Below, piece after piece: positions 39,594 through 48,674 of a stretch of 64,000 nt of DNA (the first letter of the stretch is position 1; each line of letters opens with the position of its first letter). This DNA comes from an uncultured Flavobacteriales bacterium (GTDB lineage: Bacteria; Pseudomonadota; Alphaproteobacteria; UBA8366; JADFVY01). A program made the position numbers and the translations under genes. The DNA lies in the NCBI GenBank assembly GCA_964347475.1, contig CAYFYY010000007.1:1261-65260 (forward strand). Reading direction: 5' to 3'. The notes beneath the pieces were generated by a model that saw only the letters and a program-made list of their open reading frames with translations, did not search any database and was not told the origin of the DNA.

Positions 39594-40505
39594 CTATTGG
39601 CTCTCGACGTCGGTCTTGCTCCGTTCGCAATTGGCGGCCCGCTCCATTGCGGCGCAGACGGCTGACTGGTCCTCGTCGCCATGGCCCTGCGCCACTGCGG
39701 CGTAATAGGTCTGCAAGGCCGCGTGATAGATCGGTGTCGGCACGAGATGCCGTGCGGCGTGCTCAACGATCAGCCGCGAGTCCTTCAGCGGGATCGAGAA
39801 ATTCATGCCTTCCCTGCGGTAGTCGTTCTCCGCCATCAGGGCGCCGCGCACCTCGAACATGGCCGACGACGAGCCGCTGCCGCTGATCACCTCGTGGATC
39901 ATTTTCGGGTCGAGGCCGGACTTCATGCCGAGCACCATGACTTCGGCCGCGACGCTGTTGTGCACCAGGTTCAGGATGTTGCCGCAGAACTTCATCTTCA
40001 TGCCGCAGCCGAATTCGCCGACGAAATGGCTCCGGCGCGTGAACAGGTCGACGATCGGCCGTACCCGCTCCCAGGCCCGTCTGTCGCCGCTGCCGAAGGC
40101 GGTGAGCTTGCGATCGAGCGCCATGATGCGATTGCCGCTCACCGGGCAATCGAGCAGGATCCGGCCGGCTTCCGCCAGGGCGTCGCGGGCCTTCTCCTTG
40201 TCCGCGATCGAGAAGGTGGAAAGCTCGACGACGATCTGGCCCTCCCGCCCGCCGTGCACCAGCCCGTCCGCCCCGGACACCACCGCGTGCAGGGACTCGG
40301 CGGTCGGCAGGCAGAGAAAGACCACGTCCGCCTGGTCCGCGGTTTCGCGCGGTGTCGCCGCGGCCTCGGCGTGTGCCGCAACGAGATCCGATGTGCGCTT
40401 TGGGTCGATATCGCACCCTATGACGCGACGCCCTGCCGCGACGAGATGGCCCGCGATGGCCGAACCCAGCACGCCGAGCCCGATGAATCCGACAGTGTCG
40501 CTCAT
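39594..40505 (-). CDS. NAD(P)-dependent beta-hydroxyacid dehydrogenase family
   Basis: GFIGLGVLG, DCPVSG, MKFCGN, GSGSSSAMF, KD. Confidence 0.88.
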   Translation of the reverse strand: MSDTVGFIGLGVLGSAIAGHLVAAGRRVIGCDIDPKRTSDLVAAHAEAAATPRETADQADVVFLCLPTAESLHAVVSGADGLVHGGREGQIVVELSTFSIADKEKARDALAEAGRILLDCPVSGNRIMALDRKLTAFGSGDRRAWERVRPIVDLFTRRSHFVGEFGCGMKMKFCGNILNLVHNSVAAEVMVLGMKSGLDPKMIHEVISGSGSSSAMFEVRGALMAENDYRREGMNFSIPLKDSRLIVEHAARHLVPTPIYHAALQTYYAAVAQGHGDEDQSAVCAAMERAANCERSKTDVESQ

Positions 40506-40525
40506 CTTTCCCTCCACCATCGTGG

Positions 40526-40682
40526 TGGAGACCTTTGCAGAAAACGCCAAATCGTCATTGCGAGGCGGCCGAAGGCCGACGCGGCAATCCAGGATGCCGC
40601 GGAAACGAGAGCTTTTCCTGGATCGCCGCGACTGCATTGCAGCCTCGCGATGACGAAGTCCAGTTTCGTGCAAAGGTCTCCA
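40526..40682. repeat. Palindromic intergenic element, family A, copy 2 (with perfect 14-bp terminal inverted repeat)
   Basis: TGGAGACCTTTGCA (40526-40539) / TGCAAAGGTCTCCA (40669-40682) enclose a core 40553-40655 matching 3532-3634 in inverted orientation. Confidence 0.87.
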
Positions 40683-40860
40683 TGATGAGGAGTGTAGCGG
40701 TTGTTCGAGGCGCCGCAAACGGTGTGCGGCGAAGGAATGCGACAACGTTTGGAGATCGGCGCGCTGACACCGATTGATGGAAATTTAAGACATTGGCTGG
40801 TATTGATGTGGTCGGCGCTTGCGGCGACCGGAACAACGGAGCTGGAACGTGCGGAACCGA

Positions 40861-41409
40861 ATGTCAGTGGCTGGCCGGAACTGCGTGGTCGTCATCGCGC
40901 TGGCGGCGCTCGCCGCCTGCAGCAGTCCGAAGGTCAGTGATTCCCTGTATCGTGACAGCGAGGTCGGCATCTCGAAGCGCATCGTCCGGTGCCGCGTCCT
41001 CGAGGCGCGCGAGGTGGCGATCCGTGGTGACGACGCGCCCGAGAAGGGCGAAGCCGTCGGGTCCATCGTTGGCCTTCTCGTGGGCGCCATCATCGGCAGC
41101 CAAATCGGCGACGGTGCCGGCAGGGACATCGCGGTCCAGGTGGGCGCCACCGCCGGTGCGGCGGCCGGCGGCGGCGCCGGGCGCCAGGCCGCCGACAAGT
41201 TGAGCGAGCGTCCCGGCATCGAGTACTCGATCATCCTCGACGATGGCCAGGAGCTGACGCTGGTCCAGGATTTCCTCGAAACCGACCGCATCGTGCAGCC
41301 TGGCGAGACCTGCCGCCTGCAGATCGAGGCCGAGGGCATGAACCGCGTTCTGCCCGCCGAGCACCTCCCCGAGCGGATCAACGCGCCGAAGACGACGACG
41401 GTCCAGTAA
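40861..41409 (+). CDS. Glycine-zipper 2TM outer-membrane lipoprotein (SlyB-like)
   Basis: LAAC lipobox; GSIVGLLVGAIIGSQIGDG.G; EY.I.LDDG...T.VQ. Confidence 0.85.
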   Translation: MSVAGRNCVVVIALAALAACSSPKVSDSLYRDSEVGISKRIVRCRVLEAREVAIRGDDAPEKGEAVGSIVGLLVGAIIGSQIGDGAGRDIAVQVGATAGAAAGGGAGRQAADKLSERPGIEYSIILDDGQELTLVQDFLETDRIVQPGETCRLQIEAEGMNRVLPAEHLPERINAPKTTTVQ

Positions 41410-41518
41410 TCCGAAATCGACACCTTTGGCCGCGCCCCGGTTCCCTGCGGCGGGCCGCGCCCTATATCCGATTGGAAGGGCCGACGATTCCGGCCCGTTC
41501 GAAACGGGAGGCGGTGTC

Positions 41519-42163
41519 ATGGCGAAAGCTGCGGTCGACGACGGTCCGACAATCGAGTGCGCGGAGAACGGTCCCTACATCGTGAAGGACTGCCAGCGCC
41601 TGACGGACGACGCCGGCGCGGCGCTCGCCGCGAAGCGCGTCTTCGCGCTGTGCCGGTGCGGGGGTTCGGCCAACAAGCCGTTCTGCGACGGCACCCACGC
41701 GCGCAACGGATTTTCCGGCGAGCGCGTCTCCGACGGCGCAAACGACCGGCGCGATACCTATGTCGGCAAGGGCATTACGATTCATGACAACCGGGCGATC
41801 TGCGCGCATGCCGGCGTCTGTACGGACAGTCTGCCGAAGGTCTGGCGGATGGACGAGGAGCCGTGGATCGATCCCGACGGCGCCCCGGTGGAGGCGATCA
41901 TCGAGGTGATCCGTGCATGCCCGTCGGGCGCCCTCAGCTATTCCGTCGGCGGTAAGGAGGTCGCGCGGCCGTCGAGCGAGCCGGCGATCCGGGTTGCGAA
42001 GGACGGTCCCTATCACGTGAGCGGCGGCATCGCGCTGCACAACGTGCAGTGGGGCGAAGCGGCGCCGCGCGACCACTACACGTTGTGCCGGTGCGGCGCG
42101 TCGAAGAACAAACCGTTCTGCGACGGCTCGCACTGGGATATCGGCTTCAAGGACGGCGGCTAG
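41519..42163 (+). CDS. CDGSH iron-sulfur protein with central divergent ferredoxin domain
   Basis: Two CRCG.S.NKPFCDG(T/S)H motifs flanking CAHAGVC...CPSGAL. Confidence 0.92.
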   Translation: MAKAAVDDGPTIECAENGPYIVKDCQRLTDDAGAALAAKRVFALCRCGGSANKPFCDGTHARNGFSGERVSDGANDRRDTYVGKGITIHDNRAICAHAGVCTDSLPKVWRMDEEPWIDPDGAPVEAIIEVIRACPSGALSYSVGGKEVARPSSEPAIRVAKDGPYHVSGGIALHNVQWGEAAPRDHYTLCRCGASKNKPFCDGSHWDIGFKDGG

Positions 42164-42211
42164 GGCGTTAGCCGGTATTGTTGTACCCAACTAGACAGGT
42201 GCGACTTCAAG

Positions 42212-42309
42212 CTTCGAGACGGCTCTTGTCGCAGCCGCCTCAGCATGAGGCTCCACTGCTTGTGCCCTCATGCTGAGGAGGGCCGCGAGGCCCGTCTCGA
42301 AGTATGAGG
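42212..42309. repeat. Palindromic intergenic element, family B, copy 1 (REP/RIME-like)
   Basis: CTTCGAGACG...CTCAGCATGAG / CTCATGCTGAG...CGTCTCGAAG; 44 bp at the 3' end match 45701-45744 inverted with 2 mismatches. Confidence 0.85.
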
Positions 42310-42422
42310 TCGTACCGTTACGGCCGAGCCCAAATTAACCGATTTCGCGAGAGTGCACTTTCCGTGAGATGGAAACGGCGCAGGCCATCGGCTTGCCCCA
42401 ACATAACAAATACCGTTCCACT

Positions 42423-42950
42423 CTAGGCGACACGCCCCCGACGCCCGTCGAGCAGCCCGTGAATGTTCCGGCGCATCGCGTCGGACGGGGATTCCTTCGC
42501 GCGCTCGACTATGAAATCGCTGGCGACACATTCCAGCATGGTGTCATGAAAGGTCAGAATGAAGTGGTGGTAGCTGAGGAATGAGTCCGGGTTGTGCAGG
42601 TCATGAACCCGGTTCATCCGCTCGAGCCTGCGGACCCAGGACGACTCTAGCACCTCATAGCCGCCATACCATTTCAGGCCGCGCGCATAGAGGGGATGCC
42701 CGGACAGGACTTCATCGTTCGGATAGCCGAACATGAAGCTCAGGGCGCTGAAGATAACGGTCGCCGTCTGGTCGTCGAATCGCGGATCTTCCAGTTCCGC
42801 CGGGTCCCACTGCGTCGGCGGTCCCTGAATATAGTATGCGATGAGCAGTGTGCTCTCGTTCGCAGCGACCAGCGGCAGCGGCGCACCGGCGTCCGGCTTC
42901 GGTAACCCGTCAAGCGCGACCACGCGGTCCCTCTGATCGATTTCGTACAT
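42423..42950 (-). CDS. Conserved-looking hypothetical protein
   Basis: FGYPNDEVLSGHPLY.RGL..YG..EV..SSW, HFILTFHDTMLECVA; not assigned to a family. Confidence 0.75.
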   Translation of the reverse strand: MYEIDQRDRVVALDGLPKPDAGAPLPLVAANESTLLIAYYIQGPPTQWDPAELEDPRFDDQTATVIFSALSFMFGYPNDEVLSGHPLYARGLKWYGGYEVLESSWVRRLERMNRVHDLHNPDSFLSYHHFILTFHDTMLECVASDFIVERAKESPSDAMRRNIHGLLDGRRGRVA

Positions 42951-43001
42951 CGACAATCCTTCTGGCTTGTTGCGATTGTCCGGCCATGGCGCCCGCCGGT
43001 C

Positions 43002-43289
43002 TCATCGCCGCCGCTTCTCGCGCCACCGGAACAACAGGCCGCCGAGGATGTACGACAGGTCGGGCAGCAGGGCGAGCGGCAGCAGGGCAAGGAACGGTCC
43101 CCAGCCGAGCCCCGGAACCAGCAGCAGCGCTGCGATACCGAACACGCTGCCAAAGATCACCATGGGCGACGGGCCGCTCGTCTCCATTCGCTGGTGCTTG
43201 CCGATCTCGAAGACAAGGTTGTAGAAGGCGAAGAAAGACCAAAGCACCCCGAGCACCGCCACACCGATCCAGCGATCGATCTCGGACAT
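43002..43289 (-). CDS. Small membrane protein (about 3 TM)
   Basis: Hydrophobic segments; starts 12 bp after the GntR stop with a GGGA RBS. Confidence 0.65.
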   Translation of the reverse strand: MSEIDRWIGVAVLGVLWSFFAFYNLVFEIGKHQRMETSGPSPMVIFGSVFGIAALLLVPGLGWGPFLALLPLALLPDLSYILGGLLFRWREKRRR

Positions 43290-43301
43290 CGCGGCGTCCC
43301 T

Positions 43302-44045
43302 TCAGCCCAGTTCCACCTGGTAATGGTGGGTCTTGGTCAGGCAGCGGCTGAGCCGCCATTCCACGGGCTTGCCGTCGAGGGCGAGGGCGATCCGGTCGAT
43401 CTCCAGCAGCGGCGCGCCCGGCGCGATCCCCAGCAGCCGGGCATCGCGCGCGTCGGCCGCAACGGCGGACAGGCGCTCGACCGCGCGGGCGATGGTGACG
43501 CCGTAGCGACGCTCGTAGAGATCGTACAGCGTGTTCGGCACCTCGCGAATGTCGGCAAGGTCGGGGAACAGCAGCTGCGGCACCGTGAGGGTCTCGGCGA
43601 TCGCGGGCTGGCCGTCGAGGCTGCGCACGCGACGGATGCGGACGACCGGCGCGCCGTGGCCGATCGCGAGCCATCCGGCCTCGATGCGGCTGGCCAGTCC
43701 CTTGCGCACCGACACGAGGCGGCTCTCCGGCAGGCGGCGCTCGCCGTCGGGTCCGACGAGGTGGAAGAAATGGAACAGCGCGCGGCGCTGGTCGTGTTCG
43801 GCGACGAAGGTGCCGCGGCCCTGCCGGCGGACGACGACATTGTCCGCCGCCAGGGCGTCCAGGGCCTTGCGCACCGTGCCCTGGCTGACCCCGAAGCGGT
43901 CGGCCAGCTGAAATTCGCTGGGCAGCAGTTCGCCCGGTCGCCATTCGCCGGCGATCAGGTGCTGCAGCATCAGCGCCTTGACCTGGGCATAGAGCGGTCG
44001 GGCGCGGGGGCCCTCGCCCGTCCCGGAGTGCAGCGGTACGTCCAT
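43302..44045 (-). CDS. GntR family (HutC subfamily, UTRA) transcriptional regulator
   Basis: PLYAQVK, LPSE..LA.RFGVSQGTVRKAL..L, RRQGRGTFV; UTRA C-terminus; divergent from suyAB. Confidence 0.93.
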   Translation of the reverse strand: MDVPLHSGTGEGPRARPLYAQVKALMLQHLIAGEWRPGELLPSEFQLADRFGVSQGTVRKALDALAADNVVVRRQGRGTFVAEHDQRRALFHFFHLVGPDGERRLPESRLVSVRKGLASRIEAGWLAIGHGAPVVRIRRVRSLDGQPAIAETLTVPQLLFPDLADIREVPNTLYDLYERRYGVTIARAVERLSAVAADARDARLLGIAPGAPLLEIDRIALALDGKPVEWRLSRCLTKTHHYQVELG

Positions 44046-44082
44046 GCGCCCATGATAGCGCACTCCTTGACTCGCGGCTATC

Positions 44083-44108
44083 TTTTATGTCTTATATAAG
44101 ATCTAAGA
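44083..44108. promoter_or_regulatory. Candidate GntR operator palindrome
   Basis: TTTTATGTCTTATATAAGATCTAAGA, with perfect core TCTTATATAAGA, between the divergent gntR and suyA. Confidence 0.65.
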
Positions 44109-44145
44109 TTATTTTCCAACAAACAGGACACGGAGGGGAAGGCAG

Positions 44146-44430
44146 ATGCCTCCGCATTTTCTGGTTCACAATCCCGAGGATTCCGCGGGCGTCGTCGTCG
44201 TCGAGGACGCCAAGGCGGGCATGGAGCTCGAGGGCTGGGTGATGGACACCGACGAGACCATCCACGTCACCGCGCTCGACGACATCCCGATCGGCCACAA
44301 GGTGGCGCTGTCCGACATCGACAGCGGCGACACCATTCTCAAGTACGGACATGATATCGGCAAAGCGGTCGCCGACATAAAGCGCGGCGGCCACATGCAT
44401 GTGCACAACGTCAAGACCAAGAGGTGGTGA
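44146..44430 (+). CDS. suyA: (2R)-sulfolactate sulfo-lyase alpha subunit (SAF domain)
   Basis: [25 protein letters not shown]...[11 protein letters not shown]; directly upstream of suyB. Confidence 0.85.
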   Translation: MPPHFLVHNPEDSAGVVVVEDAKAGMELEGWVMDTDETIHVTALDDIPIGHKVALSDIDSGDTILKYGHDIGKAVADIKRGGHMHVHNVKTKRW

Positions 44431-44432
44431 CC

Positions 44433-45602
44433 ATGGCCAGCCGCAAATTCCTGGGATATCGCCGCGAGAACGGCCGCGTCGGCATCCGCAACCACGTCAT
44501 CATCCTGCCGCTGGACGATCTGTCGAACGCTGCCTGCGAGGCGGTGGCGCACAACATCAAGGGCACGATGGCGATCCCGCACCCCTATGGCCGGCTGCAG
44601 TTCGGCGAGGATCTCGAACTGCACTTCCGCACCCTCATCGGAACGGGGTGCAACCCCAACGTCGCCGCCGTCGTCGTCATCGGCATCGAGCCGGGCTGGA
44701 CCGGAAGGGTGGTCGACGGCATCGCCAAGACCGGCAAGCCGGTCGAGGGCTTCGCCATCGAACGCAACGGCGACCACAAGACCATCGAGATGGCGTCGCG
44801 CAAGGCCAAGGAATTCGTCCACTGGGCGTCCGAGAAACAGCGCGAGGAAGCCGACCTGTCCGAGCTCTGGGTCTCGGTCAAGTGCGGCGAATCGGACACG
44901 ACGTCCGGCCTCGCGTCCAACCCGACGGTCGGCAACGTGATCGACAAGATCGACCCGCTGGGCGCCTATACCTGCTTCGGCGAAACCTCGGAGCTGACGG
45001 GCGCCGAGATGATCTGCAAGACGCGCGCCAGAACGCCGGAGGCCGGCGAGAAGTTCATGCGCACCTGGCAGGCGTACATGGACGAGGTGATCGAGCCGCA
45101 CAAGACCTCCGACCTCTCCGACAGCCAGCCGACCAAGGGCAATATCGAGGGCGGGTTGACGACGATCGAGGAGAAGGCGTTCGGCAACCTCGAGAAGATC
45201 GGCAAGAAGACCCAGTTCGTCGACGTTCTGGAACCCGCCGAGGCGCCGTCCGCCGGGCCGGGCCTCTATTTCATGGACACCTCGTCGGCGGCGGCCGAAT
45301 GCGTGACCCTGCAGGCCGCGGCCGGGTTCGTCGTGCACCTGTTCCCGACCGGCCAGGGCAACGTCATCGGCAACCCGATCGAGCCGGTCATCAAGCTCAC
45401 GGCCAACCCGCGCACGGCGCGCGAGATGGCCGAGCATATCGACGTCGACGTCTCGGGGATCCTGCGCCGCGAGATGACCCTGGACGAAGCCGGCGATGCG
45501 CTGCTGGAGATGACCCTGCGCACGTGCAACGGCCGCCTGACCGCGGCCGAGGCGTTGGGCCATCGCGAGTTCGTGCTGACCAAGCTCTATCGCAGCGCCT
45601 GA
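44433..45602 (+). CDS. suyB: (2R)-sulfolactate sulfo-lyase beta subunit (UxaA family)
   Basis: [76 protein letters not shown]. Confidence 0.88.
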   Translation: MASRKFLGYRRENGRVGIRNHVIILPLDDLSNAACEAVAHNIKGTMAIPHPYGRLQFGEDLELHFRTLIGTGCNPNVAAVVVIGIEPGWTGRVVDGIAKTGKPVEGFAIERNGDHKTIEMASRKAKEFVHWASEKQREEADLSELWVSVKCGESDTTSGLASNPTVGNVIDKIDPLGAYTCFGETSELTGAEMICKTRARTPEAGEKFMRTWQAYMDEVIEPHKTSDLSDSQPTKGNIEGGLTTIEEKAFGNLEKIGKKTQFVDVLEPAEAPSAGPGLYFMDTSSAAAECVTLQAAAGFVVHLFPTGQGNVIGNPIEPVIKLTANPRTAREMAEHIDVDVSGILRREMTLDEAGDALLEMTLRTCNGRLTAAEALGHREFVLTKLYRSA

Positions 45603-45700
45603 CGGCGGACGTCCTGCCGGGCGAACGCCGTCACCTCCTGCATTCTGTCCGCGCGACGGGAGCGGGCCGATGAAGTCTGCGCGGCGCCGGCGCCGAGCGA

Positions 45701-45804
45701 CCTCATCCTTCGAGACGGGCCTCGCGGCCCTCCTCAGCATGAGTCTCCGATGTTTGTGTCCTCATGCTGAGGAGGCTGCCAAGCAGCCGTCTTGAAGTAT
45801 GAGG
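45701..45804. repeat. Palindromic intergenic element, family B, copy 2
   Basis: CCTCATCCTTCGAGACG...CGTCTTGAAGTATGAGG terminal inverted repeats; internal CTCAGCATGAG/CTCATGCTGAG stem. Confidence 0.85.
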
Positions 45805-45998
45805 GAGTGCTGCCGTCCGGAACCGATTCCACTTTATCGGATACCGCTCGAGGCCACCTCAATAAAGCTGCATGCGGGCCCCGCCCGGTCATTCGGCGTC
45901 GATGGCCACGGCGTCCATGCGGCGATCGCTGAGGTCGGCCACGATCCGGCCCACGCCGGGCGGTTGGGCACGCGTGGGGCTGGCGCCATGGCGCCAGG

Positions 45999-47048
45999 CT
46001 ACCCGTCGCCGCGCAGCGCGGCCAGCGCCTCGGTCAGCCCAGCCGCATAGCCGAAATTGGCTGGCGTGCCGCCGGAATGGAGGAACAGGATATTGTGGTC
46101 CGGCCCGGTCTCGCCGGCACGCGCGATCGTGCCGGCCAGCACCTTGCCGGTATAGACCGGATCGAGGATCAGGGCCTCCGAGCGCGCCGCGAGGTCGATG
46201 GCGCGCACCGTCGGCTCGTTGAGCTGCCCGTAGCCGGGCGCGAGATGCGCATCGTCGGTGATCACGTCCTCCGCCGCCACGACGGGCGCGGTTGAGAGCA
46301 ACGCGGCGATCTCGCGGCAGCGCGCGATGATCCGCTCGCGCTGGATGTCGGCGGCGCGGCGCACGCAGACGCCGGTCACGCGGATCGCACTGCCCAGCGC
46401 GCGCAGGCCGAACAGCAGCCCGGCATGGGTCGCGCCGCTGCCCGAGGCGACCACAATCTCGTCGATGCGGGGCAACTGCGCCTCCAGCTGGCCGAGAATC
46501 TCCCGCGCCGCATCGACATAGCCGAGCGCCCCCAGCGGCTTATGTCCCGGCGCCAGCGGGATGACATAGGGGTGGCGGCCCCGGCTCTCGAGGTCTTCGG
46601 CGATCTCGTGCAGGCGGCGGTCGGCGCCGGCCTCGTCCTCGCCATGCGCATAGGAATGCAGCGTCGCCCCCAGCATGCGGTCGAGCAACACGTTGCCGGA
46701 TTGGCGGTATTCCGCCTCCGTCTTCGCGACCCGCTCCTCGAGCTGGATATGGCAGTCGAAGCCCAGCCTGGCCGCGGCCGCCGCCGTGCTGCGCGCGAAG
46801 TTCGACTGCACCGCGCCGGTGATCAGCACGGTGTCGGCACCCTGCTGCAGCGCCTCGCCGAGATAGAACTCAAGCTGCCGCACTTTGTTGCCGCCGAAGG
46901 CAAGCCCGGTGCAGTCGTCCCGCTTGACGTACAGCCCGCCGGCGCGCCCGAGCGCCGCCGCCAGGTTCGGCATCGCCTCGAGCGGCGTCGGGTAGTGGCC
47001 GAGCCGCGCCCGCGGCATCGCATCGAGGCGGTCCAGCGCATCAGACAT
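45999..47048 (-). CDS. PLP-dependent D-cysteine desulfhydrase / cysteate sulfo-lyase / ACC deaminase family enzyme
   Basis: YVKRDDCTGLAFGGNKVR (PLP Lys), GAVQSN, SGSGATHAG, LDPVYTGK, FLHSGG. Confidence 0.9.
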   Translation of the reverse strand: MSDALDRLDAMPRARLGHYPTPLEAMPNLAAALGRAGGLYVKRDDCTGLAFGGNKVRQLEFYLGEALQQGADTVLITGAVQSNFARSTAAAAARLGFDCHIQLEERVAKTEAEYRQSGNVLLDRMLGATLHSYAHGEDEAGADRRLHEIAEDLESRGRHPYVIPLAPGHKPLGALGYVDAAREILGQLEAQLPRIDEIVVASGSGATHAGLLFGLRALGSAIRVTGVCVRRAADIQRERIIARCREIAALLSTAPVVAAEDVITDDAHLAPGYGQLNEPTVRAIDLAARSEALILDPVYTGKVLAGTIARAGETGPDHNILFLHSGGTPANFGYAAGLTEALAALRGDG

Positions 47049-47784
47049 ATCCGAGCAATCCGGCCAGTGAATGGACGAACAGGCTCAGCGACGTTGCCGC
47101 AAGCAGGACCGCGATCGCGATCCGGAAGCCCTGCTCGGTGAACCGGCTGGCCACCAGGCGTCCGAGCGCTACGCCACCCAGGGTCGCCGGCGCTAGCCAG
47201 CCCGCCAGCAACAGCGTCTCGCGCGCAATGCCGACCAGCGCCGCCTGGAACGCCACCGCCAGGATATAGGAGAACACGAAGGTCACCAGAACCGTGGCGC
47301 GGATCGTGTCCTTCGAATGCCGCAATACGGCCATACGGGCGGCCACCGGCGGCCCGGGCATCGCGAGGCTCGTATTCATGGCCCCCGACAACACCCCGAC
47401 CCCGAGGTCGCGGGCGCGCTGCGTTCCGACGCCCCATCGCGCGCCGCCGAGGACTCCTGCCGCCGAGAGGGCCATATAGAATACGGCTGCGCCGGCCAGA
47501 AGTTTCAGGGTGTCGATGCTGACGGCCCGGAAGATCAGGATGCCGAAAGGAAATCCGGCGAGGCTTCCGAGCAGGATTCGTTTGAGGAGGGTCCAGTCGA
47601 CGCTGCGCCACAGCGATGGCGTCAGTACGAGCGCAATCAGCAGGCTCAGCAGCATCGAAATCTGGATGGCGGACCCGCTGTTCAGGGTCAAGAGGATCAC
47701 CGGCCCGGCGAGCACCCCGAAGCCGATTCCGGTCGCCGCCTGCAGCAGCGCTGCGACCAGCACGGAGGCCTGCAGGGCCAGCAT
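47041..47784 (-). CDS. TauE/SafE sulfite-exporter family protein
   Basis: LQAATGIGFG, GSLAGFPFG, SGAMNTSLAMPGPP; hydrophobic; start could be GTG at 47796. Confidence 0.85.
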   Translation of the reverse strand: MLALQASVLVAALLQAATGIGFGVLAGPVILLTLNSGSAIQISMLLSLLIALVLTPSLWRSVDWTLLKRILLGSLAGFPFGILIFRAVSIDTLKLLAGAAVFYMALSAAGVLGGARWGVGTQRARDLGVGVLSGAMNTSLAMPGPPVAARMAVLRHSKDTIRATVLVTFVFSYILAVAFQAALVGIARETLLLAGWLAPATLGGVALGRLVASRFTEQGFRIAIAVLLAATSLSLFVHSLAGLLGYV

Positions 47785-47810
47785 GGCGGCATCCACCTTG
47801 CGCGCCCCCG

Positions 47811-48587
47811 TCAGGCCGCCAGCAGGCCCGGCACGCCCTGCCAGACGAGGCGCAGACCGGTCAGCGTCAGCATGGCGAACACGATGCGGTAGAACCACCG
47901 GTCGCTCAGCATGCGGTGGAAGCGCAGCCCGAGCCAGACGCCGACCGGGATGGCGGGGGCCAGCGCCAGCGCGGTGCCGAGATTGCCGGGCGAGAGCTGC
48001 CCCAAAAGCCCGTAGGGGATCAGCTTGGTGTAGTTCACCACCGCGAAGAAGATCGCCATCGTCCCGACATAGACCGACTTGTCCAGCCGCTGCGGCAGCA
48101 GGTAGACCTGCACCGGCGGCGAGCCGGCATGGGCGACCGTGCTGGTGAAGCCCGACAGCCCGGCCCACAGCACGCCGCGCGGGCCCGGCTGGCTCGGCGC
48201 CCGCTGGGCCCGGCGCAGCACGGTGTTGCCGGCAAAGCGCCAGGCGACGAAGGCCAGCGCCACCGCGCCGACGATCAGCCGCACGATGTCGTCGCTCAGA
48301 TAGTGGAACGACAGCCCGCCGATGGTGATCCCGACGAGCGCGCCGGGCAGCATCAGCGCCATGTTGCGGCGGTGCCAGGCGTGGCGGTAGGCCCACAGCG
48401 CGGCGATGTCGAGGACGCACAGGATCGGCAGCAGGATCCCCGCGGCCTGCACCGGCGGAATCACCAGCGTCATCATCGGCACCGAGACGATGCCAAGCCC
48501 GCCGCCGACCCCGGTCTTGGAGATGCCCGAGATCACCACGGCCGGAAACGCGACGATGTAGAACAGCGGGTCGGTGATGAGGTCCAC
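47811..48587 (-). CDS. TauE/SafE sulfite-exporter family protein
   Basis: GISKTGVGGGLG, LLPILC.LD, SGFTSTVAHAGSPP..VYLLPQRLDK, KLIPY..LG; GTG start. Confidence 0.9.
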   Translation of the reverse strand: MDLITDPLFYIVAFPAVVISGISKTGVGGGLGIVSVPMMTLVIPPVQAAGILLPILCVLDIAALWAYRHAWHRRNMALMLPGALVGITIGGLSFHYLSDDIVRLIVGAVALAFVAWRFAGNTVLRRAQRAPSQPGPRGVLWAGLSGFTSTVAHAGSPPVQVYLLPQRLDKSVYVGTMAIFFAVVNYTKLIPYGLLGQLSPGNLGTALALAPAIPVGVWLGLRFHRMLSDRWFYRIVFAMLTLTGLRLVWQGVPGLLAA

Positions 48588-48674
48588 CGGCGGGTGACTC
48601 CGCGGTCGCAGCGAAAGAGAAGGCCGGCAAATCCCGGCCGGCGGCGAGGCTAGCACGTTTCCGGGCGAAAGGCG

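Noticed and set aside
3506-45804. CRISPR array or autonomous IS explaining the palindromic repeats
   Set aside because: The repeats are isolated, kilobases apart and without spacers; no cas, transposase or integrase gene is in the window.
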